Origin: Verrucomicrobiota bacterium
GTDB lineage: Bacteria > Verrucomicrobiota > Verrucomicrobiia > Chthoniobacterales > UBA6821
DNA: 32,000 bases
Assembly (NCBI GenBank): GCA_008932965.1
Contig: WBXG01000002.1
Location: 22,567 to 54,566 of the forward strand
Direction: 5' to 3'
Under the pieces are notes generated by a model, which was not told the origin of the DNA, did no database searches, and was given only the letters and a program-made list of their open reading frames with translations. This document shows positions 21,080 through 30,008 of this stretch, one piece after another. Each line of letters starts with the position of its first letter. Position 1 is the first letter of the stretch. Both the position numbers and the translations under genes were made by a program.

Positions 21080-21553
21080 ATGCAAGTACTATCCATCCAT
21101 CGCTACGCAAAAATATCCCCTTTCAAAGCCAGAGAGGTGACTCGTGAAATTCAAGGAAAGCCAGCTCTTGATGCCCTTGCACAATTAAAACTTGTTCCCA
21201 AGAAAGCAGCCCCTCTCATATTAAAAGTACTAAAAAGTGCTATTGCCAACGCTGAAAATAACGACCATCTTCGTCCAGAGCTACTTGTCATTAAGGAAGC
21301 AGTCATTGGTGAAGCAGTTACAATGAAACGGATGATGACTCGAGCACGTGGAAGTGCTGGAACAATACGTAAAAGGACAAGTCATATTCGTATTGTTCTC
21401 ACTGATGAAATCCCTATTGTTCGTCGTTCAGATCGTCCCACTAAAGATAAAAGTATTAAGAAGATAACGCTTAGTTCCAAGGTAAAAAAGACGGTTTCTA
21501 CAGAGATTCAAAACGCAGCTGATTCACAAGAGATGCAACTGCCTTCAGATTAA
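21080..21553 (+). CDS. rplV: 50S ribosomal protein L22 (with ~45-aa C-terminal extension)
   Basis: ISPFKAREVTREIQGKPALDAL...ANAENN...MKRMMTRARGSAGTIRKRTSHIRIVL, then a Lys/Ser-rich tail. Confidence 0.95.
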   Translation: MQVLSIHRYAKISPFKAREVTREIQGKPALDALAQLKLVPKKAAPLILKVLKSAIANAENNDHLRPELLVIKEAVIGEAVTMKRMMTRARGSAGTIRKRTSHIRIVLTDEIPIVRRSDRPTKDKSIKKITLSSKVKKTVSTEIQNAADSQEMQLPSD

Positions 21554-21583
21554 TTTTTTACAATAACAAACAAATAAATTATT

Positions 21584-22252
21584 ATGGGACAAAAAGTTAA
21601 CCCTATCGGATTTCGACTCCCTATCACTCGTGATTGGAGTTCTCGTTGGTACGCTTCAGAGAAAGAGTTTGCCAGTTTTTTGCTTGCTGATACACGAATC
21701 CGTCAAGGATTGAAGAAAAAACTTAAATCTGCTGCTGTATCTCGTATAATGATTGAGCGTGCATGGAATAGTGTTCGTGTAACAATTGTAACAGCACGAC
21801 CAGGAATTGTCATTGGGCGTAAAGGTTCCGAAATCGAAACAATGACACAGGAAATTTCCTTACTTGCAGGCGGAAAACAAGCTAAAATAGATATAGTTGA
21901 AGTCAAACAGCCTGAAATAGATGCAACATTGGTTTCAGAAAGTATTGCTTCACAGTTAGAGCGACGTATTGGATTCCGCCGCGCAATGAAAAAAGCGATG
22001 CAGCTAGCCATGGATCTTGGTGCTGAAGGCATTAAGATACGTGTATCAGGTCGTCTGGGAGGAAGTGAAATTGCACGTACAGAAATTGTGAGATCTGGAA
22101 CAATTCCCCTTCATACCTTGAGAAAAAATATCGACTATGGTTTTGCTGAGGCCGATACCCTCGCTGGAAAAATTGGGATTAAATGCTGGATTTGTAAAAA
22201 AGATGAGAAAACAAGTTTTGAACTACGTCAGGCTGGACCTGCTACTGCATAA
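21584..22252 (+). CDS. rpsC: 30S ribosomal protein S3
   Basis: MGQKVNPIGFRL...KH domain IVTARPGIVIGRKGSEIE...RVSGRLGGSEIARTE. Confidence 0.98.
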   Translation: MGQKVNPIGFRLPITRDWSSRWYASEKEFASFLLADTRIRQGLKKKLKSAAVSRIMIERAWNSVRVTIVTARPGIVIGRKGSEIETMTQEISLLAGGKQAKIDIVEVKQPEIDATLVSESIASQLERRIGFRRAMKKAMQLAMDLGAEGIKIRVSGRLGGSEIARTEIVRSGTIPLHTLRKNIDYGFAEADTLAGKIGIKCWICKKDEKTSFELRQAGPATA

Positions 22253-22407
22253 ATCAACAGATGATCTTATAGGAATTTCCATCTAACGAACATACTAATA
22301 AGATTAGAACCTATTATACTTACCCAAAAAGACTTGAAATTTAGATCTCTTGTTAATGAGCTAGCAGCTCCCTTCAAGAAACTGACAACCACGAACCCAT
22401 TTTAGTT

Positions 22408-22830
22408 ATGCCTTTATTACCAAAAAGAGTTAAATATAGAAAAACACAACGCGGGAGCCGCACAGGTATTGCTTCCCGTAATTTGCGTATCGATTTTGGT
22501 GAATTTGGGTTGCAAACACTAGACCGTGCCTGGATTACCAATACTCAGATTGAAGCTGCACGCGTTGCCCTAACACGTAACATGAAGCGTAAAGGAAAGT
22601 TATGGATTCGTATCTTTCCTGATAAATCAGTTACAGCCAGACCCCCTGAAACACGCATGGGTAAGGGCAAAGGACAACCAGAGTACTGGGTAGCAACAGT
22701 TCGACCAGGAAATATTTTATTTGAATTAGATGGAATTCCTGAATCCCTTGCACGCGAATCCCTCCGTTTAGCTGCCAATAAACTTCCTATTCGAACAAAA
22801 TTTGTAACGCGTCATCATGCCGTTGCCTAA
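22408..22830 (+). CDS. rplP: 50S ribosomal protein L16
   Basis: [14 protein letters not shown]...[50 protein letters not shown]. Confidence 0.98.
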   Translation: MPLLPKRVKYRKTQRGSRTGIASRNLRIDFGEFGLQTLDRAWITNTQIEAARVALTRNMKRKGKLWIRIFPDKSVTARPPETRMGKGKGQPEYWVATVRPGNILFELDGIPESLARESLRLAANKLPIRTKFVTRHHAVA

Positions 22831-22843
22831 TATACTTTAAGAT

Positions 22844-23032
22844 ATGACTAATTCTGAAATTAAAGAGTTGACACCTAATGAGCTATCGGCTCGTATAGCT
22901 GGCCATCGCGAGGAAATCTTTCATTTTCGCCTTCAACAACAAGCAGGTCAGCTTGAGAAGCCGCATCTTTTACGTATTGCTCGTCGTGAAATTGCCCGCC
23001 TTCAAACGTTTTTGACACTAAAAACTAAATAA
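22844..23032 (+). CDS. rpmC: 50S ribosomal protein L29
   Basis: 62-aa ORF in the canonical position, with ELTPNELSARIAGHREEIFHFRLQQQAGQLEKPHLLRIARREIARL. Confidence 0.93.
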   Translation: MTNSEIKELTPNELSARIAGHREEIFHFRLQQQAGQLEKPHLLRIARREIARLQTFLTLKTK

Positions 23033-23063
23033 TTCTATTCGCACTTTTCCCTAATGCTCACTG

Positions 23064-23336
23064 ATGAACGATATAGCTCCTAACAATCAAACCCGCGGAT
23101 TACGTAAGACACGCTCTGGAGAGGTCATCTCACACAAGATGGATAAAACCATTGTTGTAAAGACTGTGACTCGTGTACCACATCCTCGATTTGGAAAAAT
23201 TATAAAACAAGTTAAAAAATTCCATGTCCATGATGAAAATAATGAAGCTAAGATCGGTGATCGTGTGTCAATCATGGAAACCCGTCCTATGAGTCGCCTC
23301 AAGCATTGGCGATTAGTAGAAGTGATCAAACATTAA
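23064..23336 (+). CDS. rpsQ: 30S ribosomal protein S17
   Basis: [66 protein letters not shown]. Confidence 0.96.
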   Translation: MNDIAPNNQTRGLRKTRSGEVISHKMDKTIVVKTVTRVPHPRFGKIIKQVKKFHVHDENNEAKIGDRVSIMETRPMSRLKHWRLVEVIKH

Positions 23337-23357
23337 CATATATTACCCCTTACGATC

Positions 23358-23723
23358 ATGATTTATCTACGTACACGCCTTGATGTTGCCGATAATACCG
23401 GAGCACGCATGGCGACGATGATTGGTGTTATTGGTAAAAAAACTCTTTGTGCTCGTGTTGGAGACATTATTACTGCCAATGTAAAAGAAGCTTCAACAGG
23501 AGGAACTGTTAAGAAGGGAGAGGTTGTTCGAGCTGTTATTGTAAGAACTCGTCAAGTCATTATACGTTCTAATGGTTTCTGCGTGCGCTTTGATAGAAAT
23601 GCTATTGTTATTATAGATAAAGATAAAAATCCTCGTGGAACACGTATTTTCGGCCCAGTAGCCCGCGAACTCCGTGAGAAAAACTTTATGAAGATTGTGT
23701 CTCTCGCCCCTGAAGTAATATGA
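23358..23723 (+). CDS. rplN: 50S ribosomal protein L14
   Basis: [10 protein letters not shown]...[11 protein letters not shown]...[10 protein letters not shown]...[11 protein letters not shown]...[15 protein letters not shown]. Confidence 0.98.
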   Translation: MIYLRTRLDVADNTGARMATMIGVIGKKTLCARVGDIITANVKEASTGGTVKKGEVVRAVIVRTRQVIIRSNGFCVRFDRNAIVIIDKDKNPRGTRIFGPVARELREKNFMKIVSLAPEVI

Positions 23724-24118
23724 TGTTAAAGAAAAAAAATAAAATGCATGTTCGTTCAGGTGATACTGTAAAAGTTATTTCCGGAAATCATCGTGGTTCT
23801 GAGGGTAAAATTCATCGAGTAATTGCCGAAAAGAATCATGTCCTTATTGAAGGAGTACGAATGATTAAAAAACATCTAGGACGCTCACAAGAACGCACAC
23901 AAGGGGAGATTATAGAGCGTGAAGGTCCTATCCATATTTCCAATGTCAAATTAGTTGAGAAAGCTGTGATTGTTTCCAAAACCAATTCTAAGGATCCCCA
24001 GAAACCAAAAAAATCTAAGAAAATTGAGGCTTCTTCAGAAGAAAGTGTTGGATTAAAAGCAGAGCCTTCAAAAAAGAGGGTCTCAAAGAAAGCCTCTCAG
24101 CCTCAAGAAAAGGAGTAA
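23720..24118 (+). CDS. rplX: 50S ribosomal protein L24 (Lys-rich C-terminal extension)
   Basis: [24 protein letters not shown]...[12 protein letters not shown], a KOW motif. The start overlaps the rplN stop (ATGA). An alternative start is possible at the internal MHVRSGD. Confidence 0.93.
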   Translation: MMLKKKNKMHVRSGDTVKVISGNHRGSEGKIHRVIAEKNHVLIEGVRMIKKHLGRSQERTQGEIIEREGPIHISNVKLVEKAVIVSKTNSKDPQKPKKSKKIEASSEESVGLKAEPSKKRVSKKASQPQEKE

Positions 24119-24124
24119 GTTGCC

Positions 24125-24754
24125 ATGCAAAAAGCATCAGAATTTTTTATCGATTATCAGAATAGGGTTGTACCTGCGCTTCAAAAGAAACGGGGATACA
24201 AGAATAAGCATCAAGTTCCCAAGCTTATCAAGGTGGTCATTAATACTTCCGTAGCATCCTCTCCTGATGTGAAGCAAGCTCTTGAAATTGCAAAAGAAGA
24301 CTTGTCACTTATTACTGGACAGTCTCCAGTGGAGACTATTGCTAAAAAGAGTATCTCTAATTTTAAACTTCGAGCAGGCCAAGCTATAGGTGCTAAAGTC
24401 ACCTTGCGTGGGAGAATAATGTATGAATTTCTAGAGCGCTTCATTAAGATGTCGCTTCCTCGTATTCGTGATTTTCGTGGTGTTCCTACAAAATCATTTG
24501 ATGGTCAAGGAAACTATACTATTGGTGTTGCTGATCAATCTATCTTTCCAGAAATTGAACTTGATAAAATTAAACGCAATATTGGGTTTGATGTAACCAT
24601 TGTGACTTCTGCAAAAAATAGTGAAGAAACAAAGGTTTTTTTAACAGAGTTAGGAATGCCATTTGCAGGCAGAAATGCTAAAAAACCGACAATAAAAGAA
24701 AATCTACCTACGAATAATGACACTACAGACATTACTACCCCTTCTGAATCATGA
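24125..24754 (+). CDS. rplE: 50S ribosomal protein L5 (~30-aa C-terminal extension)
   Basis: VPKLIKVVINTSV...ITGQSPVETIAKKSISNFKLRAGQAIGAKVTLRGRIMYEFLERFI...LPRIRDFRGV...FDGQGNYTIGV. Confidence 0.97.
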   Translation: MQKASEFFIDYQNRVVPALQKKRGYKNKHQVPKLIKVVINTSVASSPDVKQALEIAKEDLSLITGQSPVETIAKKSISNFKLRAGQAIGAKVTLRGRIMYEFLERFIKMSLPRIRDFRGVPTKSFDGQGNYTIGVADQSIFPEIELDKIKRNIGFDVTIVTSAKNSEETKVFLTELGMPFAGRNAKKPTIKENLPTNNDTTDITTPSES

Positions 24755-25149
24755 GCGCCTTGACTGACCCAATTGCAGATTTATTAACACGTGTTCGCAA
24801 TGCTACACGTGTCTACAAAAAAGAATTCTACGTTCCTTATTCTAAAATCAAATGTGACATCGTTTCGATATTAAAAAAAGAGGGATATATTGAACGTTAT
24901 GAGCTTGATCATAATGAAACTCATCCACGGATAAAGATTACTCCTCGCTATGTTGGTAAGAATGCTGCTGTTACAGGCTTGCGTAGAATCAGTCGCCCTG
25001 GTCTTCGCAGGTACGTAAGTAGTCAAGAAATTCCTCGTGTTTTAGGAGATATGGGTATATCTATTATTTCTACTTCTCGCGGTGTTCTTACAGGTCATGA
25101 AGCTCGTCGCCAGAAGGTTGGTGGTGAATTGCTCGCAACTATTTGGTAG
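24751..25149 (+). CDS. rpsH: 30S ribosomal protein S8
   Basis: LTDPIADLLTRVRNA...ILKKEGYI...RISRPGLRRYV...GISIISTSRGVLTGHEARRQKVGGELLATIW. It overlaps rplE by 4 nt. Confidence 0.98.
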   Translation: MSALTDPIADLLTRVRNATRVYKKEFYVPYSKIKCDIVSILKKEGYIERYELDHNETHPRIKITPRYVGKNAAVTGLRRISRPGLRRYVSSQEIPRVLGDMGISIISTSRGVLTGHEARRQKVGGELLATIW

Positions 25150-25307
25150 AACTGTAATCGCCAATCTGGAAGTTTTGAAACTTCTGATTCACGAAATCAA
25201 TGTTGCACATAACTTTCTAAAACAAATTTCAAACATTAACCTTTTTTAAGCACTCATTAACGCTAGAGATATCTGCACAGGTAGATCTCGACTCTGATTT
25301 TATTTTT

Positions 25308-25847
25308 ATGTCTCGTATCGGAAAAACTCCAATTAAACTTCCAAAAAACGTCAAGGTCACTGTGGCCGAAGATAGTACTGTGAATGTAGAAGGGCCCAAG
25401 GGAAAGCTCACCTGGACTCTTCCTCTTGCAGTCTCTTTGCGCATTGATGGTGAGAATATTATTATTGATCGTGGTAATGAGTTACGAACAACACGTGCTC
25501 TTCATGGATTAGCACGTGCACTTGTTAATAATATGGTACATGGTGTTCATGAAGGATTTCGACGTGATTTAGAAATTCAAGGTGTTGGCTTTCGAGCTAC
25601 TGTTAAAGGAGAGCACCTGGATCTCTCCATTGGATACTCTCACCCTATTCTCTTTAAAATTCCAAGTGATATTAAGCTTGTTGTAACAGATAATACAAAA
25701 ATTAGCATTGAAGGTATTGACAAGCATCTTGTTGGGCAGGTTGCCGCTGACATTCGAGCTTACTATCCTCCTGAGCCTTACAAAGGAAAAGGGATTCGCT
25801 ATGCTGGAGAAAAAGTCCGTCGCAAGGAAGGAAAGACTGTTCAATAG
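25308..25847 (+). CDS. rplF: 50S ribosomal protein L6
   Basis: MSRIGKTPIKLPKNVKV...EGPKGKL...LEIQGVGFRA...LSIGYSHPI...YYPPEPYKGKGIRYAGE. Confidence 0.97.
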   Translation: MSRIGKTPIKLPKNVKVTVAEDSTVNVEGPKGKLTWTLPLAVSLRIDGENIIIDRGNELRTTRALHGLARALVNNMVHGVHEGFRRDLEIQGVGFRATVKGEHLDLSIGYSHPILFKIPSDIKLVVTDNTKISIEGIDKHLVGQVAADIRAYYPPEPYKGKGIRYAGEKVRRKEGKTVQ

Positions 25848-25904
25848 CGCTAATCTAAATAATCTATTTTAAAATCTTCTGACAACTAAGAACTAACCAC
25901 TATC

Positions 25905-26261
25905 ATGCCTAGCATTTCCTCTCGTCAAATAAGGCACCTTCGCCTTCGCAAAAAAGTCTCAGGGACTACCGAACGTCCCCGTCTTTCTGTTTACTTTTCT
26001 GGACAACATATCACAGCTCAGGTTATTGATGATACGGTCGGGGTTACACTTGCAAGTGTTCACACAACAGAGGAAAAATTTCATAAGGACAAGTCTGTAC
26101 GTCCAAACGTAACCACCTCTATTAAGGTAGGTCAACTCATTGCAGAGCGTGGACTATCTAAAAACATTAAGAGAGTTGTCTTTGACCGTGGCGGATTTAG
26201 TTATCACGGAAAAGTAAAAGCACTTGCAGACGCTGCTCGTGCTGCTGGATTAGAATTTTAA
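25905..26261 (+). CDS. rplR: 50S ribosomal protein L18
   Basis: RHLRLRKKVSGTTERPRLSVYFSGQHITAQVIDD...VVFDRGGFSYHGKVKALADAARAAGLEF. Confidence 0.97.
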   Translation: MPSISSRQIRHLRLRKKVSGTTERPRLSVYFSGQHITAQVIDDTVGVTLASVHTTEEKFHKDKSVRPNVTTSIKVGQLIAERGLSKNIKRVVFDRGGFSYHGKVKALADAARAAGLEF

Positions 26262-26279
26262 TAATTTGAGATAAATATT

Positions 26280-26909
26280 ATGGCTGAAAAATCGAATAAA
26301 CGAACGACATCGCGCCGTGAAAATGCGCCCCAAGCTGCACCAAAAGAAACAGTTGAAAAAGTTGTTTTCATCAACCGTTGTGCAAAAGTTGTTAAAGGAG
26401 GGCGTCGATTCAGTTTTAGCGCACTCATTGTTTGTGGCAATATGCGTGGAAAAGTTGGAGTTGGATTTGGTAAGGCTAATGAAGTTAGTGAAGCAATTCG
26501 CAAAGCCTCTGAGGCTGCTAATAAAGCAATGATTTCTGTCTCAGTTGGTGAAAAAACAATTCCACATGAAGTATTAGGAACGCATGGAGGGGGACGTGTC
26601 CTATTACGCCCTGCCTCTCCTGGTACTGGTATTATTGCTGGTGGAGGTGTTCGAGCAGTCATTGAAGCTTCCGGTATTCGTGATATCCTTGCAAAATCAC
26701 TAGGCTCCAACAATCATGCTAATGTCGTTAAAGCTACTTTAGATGCACTTTCCCAACTTCGACCACGTGAAGAGATTTATCAGCTGCGTGGGAAGAAATT
26801 TCAAAAAAAATCGACTTCGCTGCATGTCGCTCCAATATCAGAACCTTTAGAAGTAACTTCTGAAGTCATTGAAGAGATCACAACAATCAGTGATTCATTG
26901 TTGAACTAA
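26280..26909 (+). CDS. rpsE: 30S ribosomal protein S5 (~40-aa C-terminal extension)
   Basis: [49 protein letters not shown]...[33 protein letters not shown]. Confidence 0.97.
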   Translation: MAEKSNKRTTSRRENAPQAAPKETVEKVVFINRCAKVVKGGRRFSFSALIVCGNMRGKVGVGFGKANEVSEAIRKASEAANKAMISVSVGEKTIPHEVLGTHGGGRVLLRPASPGTGIIAGGGVRAVIEASGIRDILAKSLGSNNHANVVKATLDALSQLRPREEIYQLRGKKFQKKSTSLHVAPISEPLEVTSEVIEEITTISDSLLN

Positions 26910-26977
26910 TATTGAATCAACCTGTCGATTTTTTCCATTCACCTTTTTTATTTCCTAAACATTAAATTTTAAAACTT

Positions 26978-27523
26978 ATGAGACTCCACGAACTCTCTCC
27001 TCGTCCAGGTGCCAAACATCGTCGCAAACGCCTTGGTTGCGGAGAAAGCTCTGGTCACGGTAAAACCTCAGGACGTGGTCACAAAGGTCAAAAAGCCCGC
27101 TCTGGAGGGAGTGTTCGTCTAGGTTTCGAAGGCGGTCAGATGCCCTTGATTCGTCGCCTTCCCAAAAGAGGATTTAACAATGCAAATTTTAAACCAATTT
27201 ATGCAGTGATCAATCTGGATACTTTAGAAGCAAGATGTGACCAAGGTGCTACACTAGATGAAAAAGGATTACGAGCATTAGGATTAATAAATGGTCGTAA
27301 TGACGGAATAAAATTACTAGCTCGCGGTGAAATTAAAAAATCAATGACGCTTGAAGTTGATCAAGTAAGTGCTGCAGCTCGAGAAAAATTTGAAAAAGCA
27401 GGAGGGACACTTGTATTACGTCCCGCTAAGGTCGAGCAGACAAGGCGACTTGAAAAAGGAGAAGAACGTGTTGAGCGTGCACGTCTCCCACGTCGGGCCA
27501 AATTGGAAAAAAATAAGAGATAG
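26978..27523 (+). CDS. rplO: 50S ribosomal protein L15 (~35-aa C-terminal extension)
   Basis: MRLHELSPRPGAKHRRKRLGCGESSGHGKTSGRGHKGQKARSGG...GFEGGQMPLIRRLPKRGF. Confidence 0.96.
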   Translation: MRLHELSPRPGAKHRRKRLGCGESSGHGKTSGRGHKGQKARSGGSVRLGFEGGQMPLIRRLPKRGFNNANFKPIYAVINLDTLEARCDQGATLDEKGLRALGLINGRNDGIKLLARGEIKKSMTLEVDQVSAAAREKFEKAGGTLVLRPAKVEQTRRLEKGEERVERARLPRRAKLEKNKR

Positions 27524-27604
27524 GGCTTGTTAGGGAAAATTACTCTAGGGCTCAAATGCAATCAGTATCCTGACTTCATTATTGAGCACTATGAGAATGA
27601 ATCG

Positions 27605-27624
27605 ATCAGGTCCTGATATTTTTA
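27605..27624 (+). terminator. Weak hairpin plus T-tract between rplO and secY (possible attenuating terminator)
   Basis: The palindrome atcagg-t-cctgat (27605-27617) is followed by a TTTTT run (27619-23). The stem is only 5-6 bp, so this is weak. Confidence 0.2.
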
Positions 27625-27682
27625 TTATTACTTTCTCATTTCTCTAGGTCATTTTTCCTGATTCACGATACAAAGACTTTTT

Positions 27683-29185
27683 ATGATTTCTGCATTTGCT
27701 AATACATTCAAAATTCCTGAACTTCGTTCTCGTGCTCTTTTTACATTGGGAATGGTCATTATTATGCGCCTTGGGGCAGCAATTACGACACCTGGAGTTA
27801 ATGCACAAGTGCTACGCCAATGGTTTTTAAATGTTGCTGATGCTAAAGTCGGTGGCGGTGTTGCGGCAATGTTCAACCTTTTTAGCGGTGGGGCGCTCAG
27901 TAATTGTGCTATTTTTTCATTAGGAATTATGCCCTATATCAGTGCATCAATTATGCTTCAACTTCTTGGGGCAGTAATTCCCAAGCTTGGGAAATTAGCA
28001 CGTGAAGATGGAGGGCGTCAAAAAATATCACAATATACTCGTTACGCTACTATTTTTCTTTGTATTTTCCAGGGGTGGTTGTTAGCACTCTCTTTTGAGA
28101 CACCACAATCTAATCCCTTTCTGCCAGGAATTGCAGATACAATTATGCGTCTCGGGATTCCACTTGTGGCAAATCCCGGTTTAGGTTTCCGTCTCATCAC
28201 TGTAATGACGATGACTGCTGGAACTCTCTTTCTAATGTGGCTTGGTGATCAAATTACAGAGCGCGGGATTGGTAATGGTGTCTCCTTGATTATCACGGTG
28301 GGAATCATTGCACAGCTTCCGGCTGGACTTGTACAAGCATGGCGTACCTTTGTTCCTTCTGGAGGTGAAAGTGCTGCTGTGAGCCCTATTGTTCTAGTCA
28401 TTTTGTGTGCTTTTCTTTTTATTGTTATTGCTTCAGTAATTGCAGTAACACAAGCACAGCGTAAAATTAGTATTCAATATGCCAAACGTGTCGTGGGTAG
28501 GAAGGTGTATGGTGGTCAGACGCAGTATATGCCTCTTAAAGTAAACTATGCTGGAGTAATGCCTATCATCTTTGCGCAAGCTATTTTGCTTTTTCCTTCC
28601 ACTATTCTCAATATGGCTTTCTCAGGAAAAGCATGGGCTCAGGAACTTGCTTCAGCCCTAACTATTGGCTGGGCTCATTATGTTCTTTATGCATTACTGA
28701 TTTTTTCATTTAGCTACTTCTGGGTTGCAACTCAATTTCAACCAGCTCAGATAGCAGATGACCTCAAAAAAAATGGAGGTTTTATTCCTGGCATCCGTCC
28801 TGGTAAACCTACAGCTGATTTTCTTGATTACACAATGGGACGTTTGACTTTTGCCGGAGCAATTTTCTTAGTAGTTATTGCAATCCTACCTCAACTCTTA
28901 AGTCGCAGTCTCCAAGTCCCCTATATGACGGCTCAGTTTTTTGGTGGTACTGGTCTTTTGATTATTGTGGGAGTCACCCTTGATACCATGCGTCAGATCG
29001 AAACCTTTTTGCTGCAACGTCATTACGATGGTTTCTTGCGTAAAGGAAAAACTGCTGGTCGTACTTCCTATCGTCAGCCCATAACTAATGGGGCTCTGGT
29101 GAGTGATACATTCCTTGTTTGGTTCTATGCCGTTCTGGGGGCATTAGCGATTGTGGGAGTAGCCCTTTTCTTAACTAGAAAATAG
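27683..29185 (+). CDS. secY: Preprotein translocase subunit SecY
   Basis: 500-aa polytopic ORF with IPELRSRALFTLG, IFSLGIMPYISASIMLQLL, LGDQITERGIGNGVSLII and GGFIPGIRPGKPTADFL. Confidence 0.97.
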   Translation: MISAFANTFKIPELRSRALFTLGMVIIMRLGAAITTPGVNAQVLRQWFLNVADAKVGGGVAAMFNLFSGGALSNCAIFSLGIMPYISASIMLQLLGAVIPKLGKLAREDGGRQKISQYTRYATIFLCIFQGWLLALSFETPQSNPFLPGIADTIMRLGIPLVANPGLGFRLITVMTMTAGTLFLMWLGDQITERGIGNGVSLIITVGIIAQLPAGLVQAWRTFVPSGGESAAVSPIVLVILCAFLFIVIASVIAVTQAQRKISIQYAKRVVGRKVYGGQTQYMPLKVNYAGVMPIIFAQAILLFPSTILNMAFSGKAWAQELASALTIGWAHYVLYALLIFSFSYFWVATQFQPAQIADDLKKNGGFIPGIRPGKPTADFLDYTMGRLTFAGAIFLVVIAILPQLLSRSLQVPYMTAQFFGGTGLLIIVGVTLDTMRQIETFLLQRHYDGFLRKGKTAGRTSYRQPITNGALVSDTFLVWFYAVLGALAIVGVALFLTRK

Positions 29186-29234
29186 GAACTAGAGACTGCG
29201 GTAAGTGAACTAACCCTGGACTCGATAGTTTTCT

Positions 29235-29984
29235 ATGATTCCTATTAAAACTTCTTCTGAGATTGAAAAAATGCGGCTTGCTGGACAGGCTGCCGCTATG
29301 GTCCTCGACCATCTTGCCTCCCTCATTGAGCCAGGTATAACCACTGGAGAGATCGATCGTGCTGCGGGAGCAATGATTGCAAGGCTTGGAGGGAAGAGTG
29401 CTTTTTTTGGTTATAGAAAATTTCCAGGACAGACATGTATCTCTGTTAATGAGGAAGTAGTTCATGGGATTGGTGGCTCGCGCCAGCTAGAGTATGGTGA
29501 TATTATAGCCATTGATGTTGGTGTTGTTTTAAACGGGTGGATTGGCGATACCGCAAGAACGGTTGCCTGTGGAATGATTTCACCTGATAAGGAGAGGCTT
29601 TGCCAGGCAACAGAAGCCATGCTCTATAGTGCCTTAAACTTTGCAACAGCTGGACGACGCCTAGGAGATTTATCTGCTCATATTGAGGAACAAGCCATTA
29701 AGCAAGGATTCACAGTTGTAAAAGAATTTGTTGGTCACGGTGTTGGCCGCCAGTTACATGAGGATCCCCAGATTCCAAATTTTGGTCGCCCTGGAAGTGG
29801 CCCTAAGCTTCGAGCAGGAATGACCCTTGCCATTGAGCCGATGATCAATCTTGGAACATCAAGAGTGAAGATTTTATCTGATGGCTGGACAGTTGTGACT
29901 GAAGATGGACTGCCATCAGCACATTTTGAACACACTATTCTTGTTAAACCAGAGGGCCCTCCAGAAATTTTAACAAAAATCTGA
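29235..29984 (+). CDS. map: Methionine aminopeptidase, type I
   Basis: IKTSSEIEKMRLAG, CISVNEEVVHGI, IIAIDVGVVLNGWIGDTART, FVGHGVGRQLHEDPQIPNF, MTLAIEPMIN and SAHFEHTI provide the metal ligands. Confidence 0.96.
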   Translation: MIPIKTSSEIEKMRLAGQAAAMVLDHLASLIEPGITTGEIDRAAGAMIARLGGKSAFFGYRKFPGQTCISVNEEVVHGIGGSRQLEYGDIIAIDVGVVLNGWIGDTARTVACGMISPDKERLCQATEAMLYSALNFATAGRRLGDLSAHIEEQAIKQGFTVVKEFVGHGVGRQLHEDPQIPNFGRPGSGPKLRAGMTLAIEPMINLGTSRVKILSDGWTVVTEDGLPSAHFEHTILVKPEGPPEILTKI

Positions 29985-30008
29985 GATGGAGTATCTGGGC
30001 TTGCCCCT

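Noticed and set aside
22340-22407. Possible decayed module A in the rpsC-rplP spacer (cttgttaatgagct and acgaacc resemble cttgtactaatgagct and acgaacc of module A).
   Set aside because: Only two short blocks match, their spacing differs (28 nt against 17 nt), and no terminal motif is present. I could not distinguish this from chance in AT-rich DNA.
24640-24754. A hidden or fused rpsN (S14) in the extended 3' end of rplE.
   Set aside because: The extension is only about 30 codons, reads NAKKPTIKENLPTNNDTTDITTPSES, and has none of the S14 signature (CxxC or RKFGLSR-type motifs). No alternative-frame ORF fits either.
15709-26713. Long antisense or overlapping ORFs within the ribosomal cluster (for example 15709..16083 -, 16834..17268 -, 21703..22032 -, 26258..26713 -).
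   Set aside because: They lie opposite strongly conserved genes (fusA, rpsC, rpsE), have no recognisable homology, and have low-complexity composition. They are typical shadow ORFs.
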